From: Podarcis filfolensis
Lineage: Eukaryota
NCBI GenBank assembly: GCA_964270895.1
Contig: OZ185437.1
Strand: one strand, 5' to 3'
DNA length: 64,000 bases
The notes beneath the pieces are model-generated. The model saw only the letters and a program-made list of their open reading frames with translations, was not told the DNA's origin and ran no database searches. A program made the position numbers and the translations under genes. How positions within the stretch are numbered: position 1 is the stretch's first letter; every line of letters begins with the position of its first letter. Of the stretch, positions 60,641 through 64,000 are shown piece by piece.

Positions 60641-61639
60641 GTGCAGTATGGGCTGCCATGAGCCCTCTTCCCTGCCAAACTATTACAGCCCTCTTTTTGA
60701 ATCGGGATCAAATCTGTGTAAAATGGCACAACATAAGGCCAGGTCTGTGTTTTCCTGTGCCGAAAAAAATAACAAATTCTGTCCCAAGAAAAGGCAGATT
60801 GCAGCATTTAGTCAAGTTATGCTGATTAGGCAGATTTACATAATTTATTCTACCGTTTTTCCCTGCTTTTTGCATGCATTTTCTAATTCTGATCTTCACA
60901 AGGAGGGGCAAGGAATTATGCCACTGGAAGCCTTGCTCAGCTGTTCCTCTTCCCTCTGTGGTCTCCCCCCCCCCCCCAGCAATCATAAGGACTAATTTTT
61001 TTAAAAAATGACAGCAAACATTCTCAGGAAGTTAAATGATGCACCCAGAACCACGTTCTGTTGGGATTTTTAAAAATGTGCCTGTGTGAATTGAAGGGAT
61101 ATAAATAAGCCTTTCTGAAAGGTGACAGCAACATGCACAAAGTACTTCCAGCTTCTCAGATTGTGAAATATAGTTAAGTCCTATTGTGCATTGTACATGT
61201 TGAGATCTCATTTGTTGTAATAGGAGTAAGGTTGTGTGCTTCTGGCTCACTCCCCAAGTCACCTGTCCTGAATAGCTCCACCCCCATTGAGTGTGGATGT
61301 TGGGGGGCATGACTAGCCCAGAAACACTATCAGGAGCGAGGCCAACAGTGCCACCCCACTCCTAGCATCAACAGGTGAGAGCCCCACATACGCAGGGCAC
61401 AGGTACGGAGCTCACTTCTTGAGAGCAAACTTTGGTCTTCCATGCCTTTCAGAATATCGGTTTCTAACCTTATTCATTTGTTATTTATTTTGGCAATTCA
61501 TAGACGGCTTAATTTAAATCATCTGTAAGAGGTGTACTGGTAGACTGAACTGATAAAGCTAGAAAATCTGTTAAAACGATGGCATCAGAATTCAGTCTTC
61601 TGAATTTTTCAGTCTGCTGAAAAGTCTACTGATTTTGAT

Positions 61640-61795
61640 TTCTTTAAAAAAAAAGTATTCATTCGGCACCAGAGGTTCAACAGGGTGGTGGCTTGTCTGA
61701 TCTCAACTGGAATGGAGTTCCATAAAATTGGGCCCCAAAATTCCTGGCGGATACCAATCCATGGGGGACCACTGACAGTAACTCTCCTGAAGACC
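61640..61795 (-). mobile_element. Old L2 LINE ORF2 C-terminal fragment
   Basis: Minus-strand peptide WGPILWNSIPVEIRQATTLLNLWCRMNTFF resembles the L2 motif GPxLWNSLPxEIR. Confidence 0.55.
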
Positions 61796-61801
61796 TTAGG
61801 G

Positions 61802-61849
<48 letters not shown>

Positions 61850-62021
61850 TAATTATACCCCGCCCATCTGGCTGAGTTTCCCCAGCCACTCTGGCCGGCT
61901 CCCAATTGAGTGTTAAAAACAATACAGCATTAAATATTAAAAACTTCCCTAAACAGGGCTGCCTTCAGATGTCTTTTAAAGATAAGATAGCTGCTTATTT
62001 CCTTCACATCTGAAGGGAGGG
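61802..62021 (-). mobile_element. Young L2 LINE 3' fragment with (ATA)16 tail
   Basis: TATACCCCGCCCATCTGGCTGAGTTTCCCCAGCCACTCTGG...CTTCCCTAAACAGGGCTGCCTTCAGATGTC, nearly identical to 48487-48660; (ATA)n at 61802-61849. Confidence 0.88.
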
Positions 62022-63374
62022 ATAAGAAACCAAGTGGTCCGTAAGGTACATCCTGGACCACAAGCTGTTAAATGTAAATTAAAACATCCCACCAAAGACT
62101 CCAAATTAATTATCCCTCCAAAGGCTTTGGAGCAGCAGAAGCTTTCCTTCCTGCTTCCCTTCATCCTCATGACAACAGCATCCCCATGTGATTTAGGTTG
62201 TGAGAGAAGAGAGCAGATCACTCAGTTCACTCTGTGAGCTAAAGGTCTCCTCAGGCCTAAACTAGCTCCCTAACTACTGCACCATTCTGGCTCTTTTCCT
62301 TACAGCGGAAACACAGACTGGTCCACAGCACTCACAGTTGTATCACATTTACATTCCGAATGACACATTTATTTCTTTATTTGCATTCCCTGGGGCTATC
62401 GTGGGTAAATCAGATGTTGCAGCTTTACACGCTGCTTTCTGTTCTCCATCAGGCAGAATTTTCCATACACAAATAGGGAAGGAGCAGTACTGGCTGGCAG
62501 AGTTCACTGCCTCCACATTTTCTGTGTCACTCAGCCAAAATATCCTGAGCGTCTCTTAAATCAAGGATGGTCCACTGGCTCCCAAAGCAATTTTATCTGG
62601 CCCCAGATGGCCCGGCTGAGTTTTAATCATTACGTGGTTTTTAAGAAAATCCTCTTAAGTTTCACTTGCAAGGGGGAAGAAGCTATTGGTCTCCGTATGT
62701 AATGCATATCAATTTTAGTTAGTTGCATTCTGGGAAATAAAACTACCTCATAAGGGGGTCCCAGCTTCCATACAAGTAGAGAAGATCGATACTAGATGCA
62801 GACAAGGGTACAGTCTGACTTAGAGGAAATCAAGGATGGCCACAAAAAGAACTTTTCTGGCATACTGGCAGTTTTGAAGGTATTTTTCAGCAGTTTCCTC
62901 ACAAGGTGTTGGAAACCGTATCTGTTGTGCATCTGTTCTTCCTCTTTCTTTCACCCCAGCTTCAATCTCTGGCCTTTTCAGTGGAGGAACAGGAAGTGGG
63001 TGATATGGAAAGCCACTGCTGGAGGTCATGGAAGTCCACAAGCAATAAGAGCAGACAGTACTAGCTTCTATTCCCGTGTATAGGATTGGACTTCGAAAAC
63101 ATTTATGGAAATTCTTTGAGTGCAAATATTCCAGGCCTTTTAAATGCAAAACGGAGACTTAAAAGCATAATACAAGCAATATACTAATAGGCACATTGCA
63201 AACACAGACCAAACCTTCTTTTTGAGCAATATGGAGTGGGGAGGGTGAGTTGCATGTGTGTACATTTTCAGCCACTTTTATTACTTCACAGGGGTTTCAG
63301 ATTTCTTTCCGTGAGCTCAAGCCTCTGGAGTGACAATGTGCTTAGCTTTCTAACGCATGTCTATCCGTCTGCAG

Positions 63375-63474
63375 AACACCGTGGACAAGCTCATTAAGAA
63401 GACAAACCTAGCTCTTGTGGTTGGAACAAACAGCTGGAGAGAACAGTTCATTGAAGCTATCACTGTCAGCGCCG
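63375..63474 (+). CDS. SLC8A1: SLC8A1 constitutive exon (100 nt)
   Basis: gtctgcAG|AAC ACC ... AGC GCC G|GTGAGT; translates NTVDKLIKKTNLALVVGTNSWREQFIEAITVSA(G); the VVGTNSWREQF motif is the NCX1 form. Confidence 0.97.
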
Positions 63475-64000
63475 GTGAGTTTTTCTATTTCTGCACGTGC
63501 CATGAATTAGGAAAAGCCCTTCTTCTCCTGGCTTAAGGGCATCAAGTGAAACCTGACCCCAATATACCTAGCTTGCACTTGGCTTTGAAAGCAAAGCAGG
63601 TAGAGTTGGTATTCAGGGCTTCTAGGCAAACATCATCCTGCTTTTTGAACAGATTGTGCACTGCAGTGTGTTGAAGTTTTCCGCTACTGGGCTTGGGGAG
63701 CAGCACAGAAGAGCAACAACACAAACTCCATTCCTTTTAATGCTGCTTCCATGGGGCTATCATTCAAGACCCACTCATATCTATAGAAGCTGTGCAGTAA
63801 ACAGAGTTTAGACACTCGTTCTCATGTTGTTCTCTGTGTTGTATGTCCATGTCTACACATGAATGTGATTTCACACATTAACTCAAGGAACATGTGTTTC
63901 AATCTAGAGTCATAGCACACCGTAGGGAAAACTGGCATGTCCAGGAGGACATGAGCAACAAGGCAACAAACCAGAACTTAGATTGCTCTGATATGTGGTT

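Noticed and set aside
42200-63474. Alternative identification as SLC8A2 or SLC8A3
   Set aside because: The six-exon A-F cassette and VVGTNSWREQF motif are NCX1 features; NCX3 has only A/B/C and NCX2 lacks this alternative cassette.
1-64000. CRISPR arrays, operons or other prokaryotic systems
   Set aside because: The sequence is vertebrate intronic/exonic DNA; all periodic repeats are microsatellites, minisatellites or transposon-derived.

Overview
Vertebrate (squamate reptile, most likely a lacertid lizard judging from the SINE/MITE repertoire) genomic DNA lying entirely inside SLC8A1 (Na+/Ca2+ exchanger NCX1) on the + strand. Bases 1-42199 are the 3' part of the very long intron that follows the large first coding exon (not in the window). 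They are followed by the complete alternatively spliced CBD2 cassette: mutually exclusive exons A (42200-42306) and B (43281-43384), and cassette exons C (49960-49980), D (52137-52154), E (53759-53773) and F (56685-56753). Two constitutive exons follow (60510-60640, 63375-63474); the gene continues past the window end. All exons have AG/GT boundaries and compatible phases. Introns are full of L2, CR1, L1 and RTE/BovB LINE 3' fragments, Sauria/Squam1, Squam3-type and other tRNA-derived SINEs, Tc1/mariner-type and hAT-type MITEs, and microsatellites. None of the supplied ORFs is an independent gene. Most interesting observations: (1) a candidate extra in-frame 18-nt microexon (or 60-nt exon C extension) only 42 nt behind exon C; (2) a 13-bp-TSD-flanked composite Penelope-like insertion between exons E and F carrying an intact-looking minimal hammerhead ribozyme (minus strand), inverted arms and a tandemly duplicated captured segment; (3) an AT-rich but CpG-retaining intronic island at about 24.9-25.7 kb; (4) a recursive-splice-site-like CAG|GTAAGT at 39425; (5) a divergent exon E (GKRLNG). 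Repeat family names and orthologue comparisons are from recall, not from database searches.
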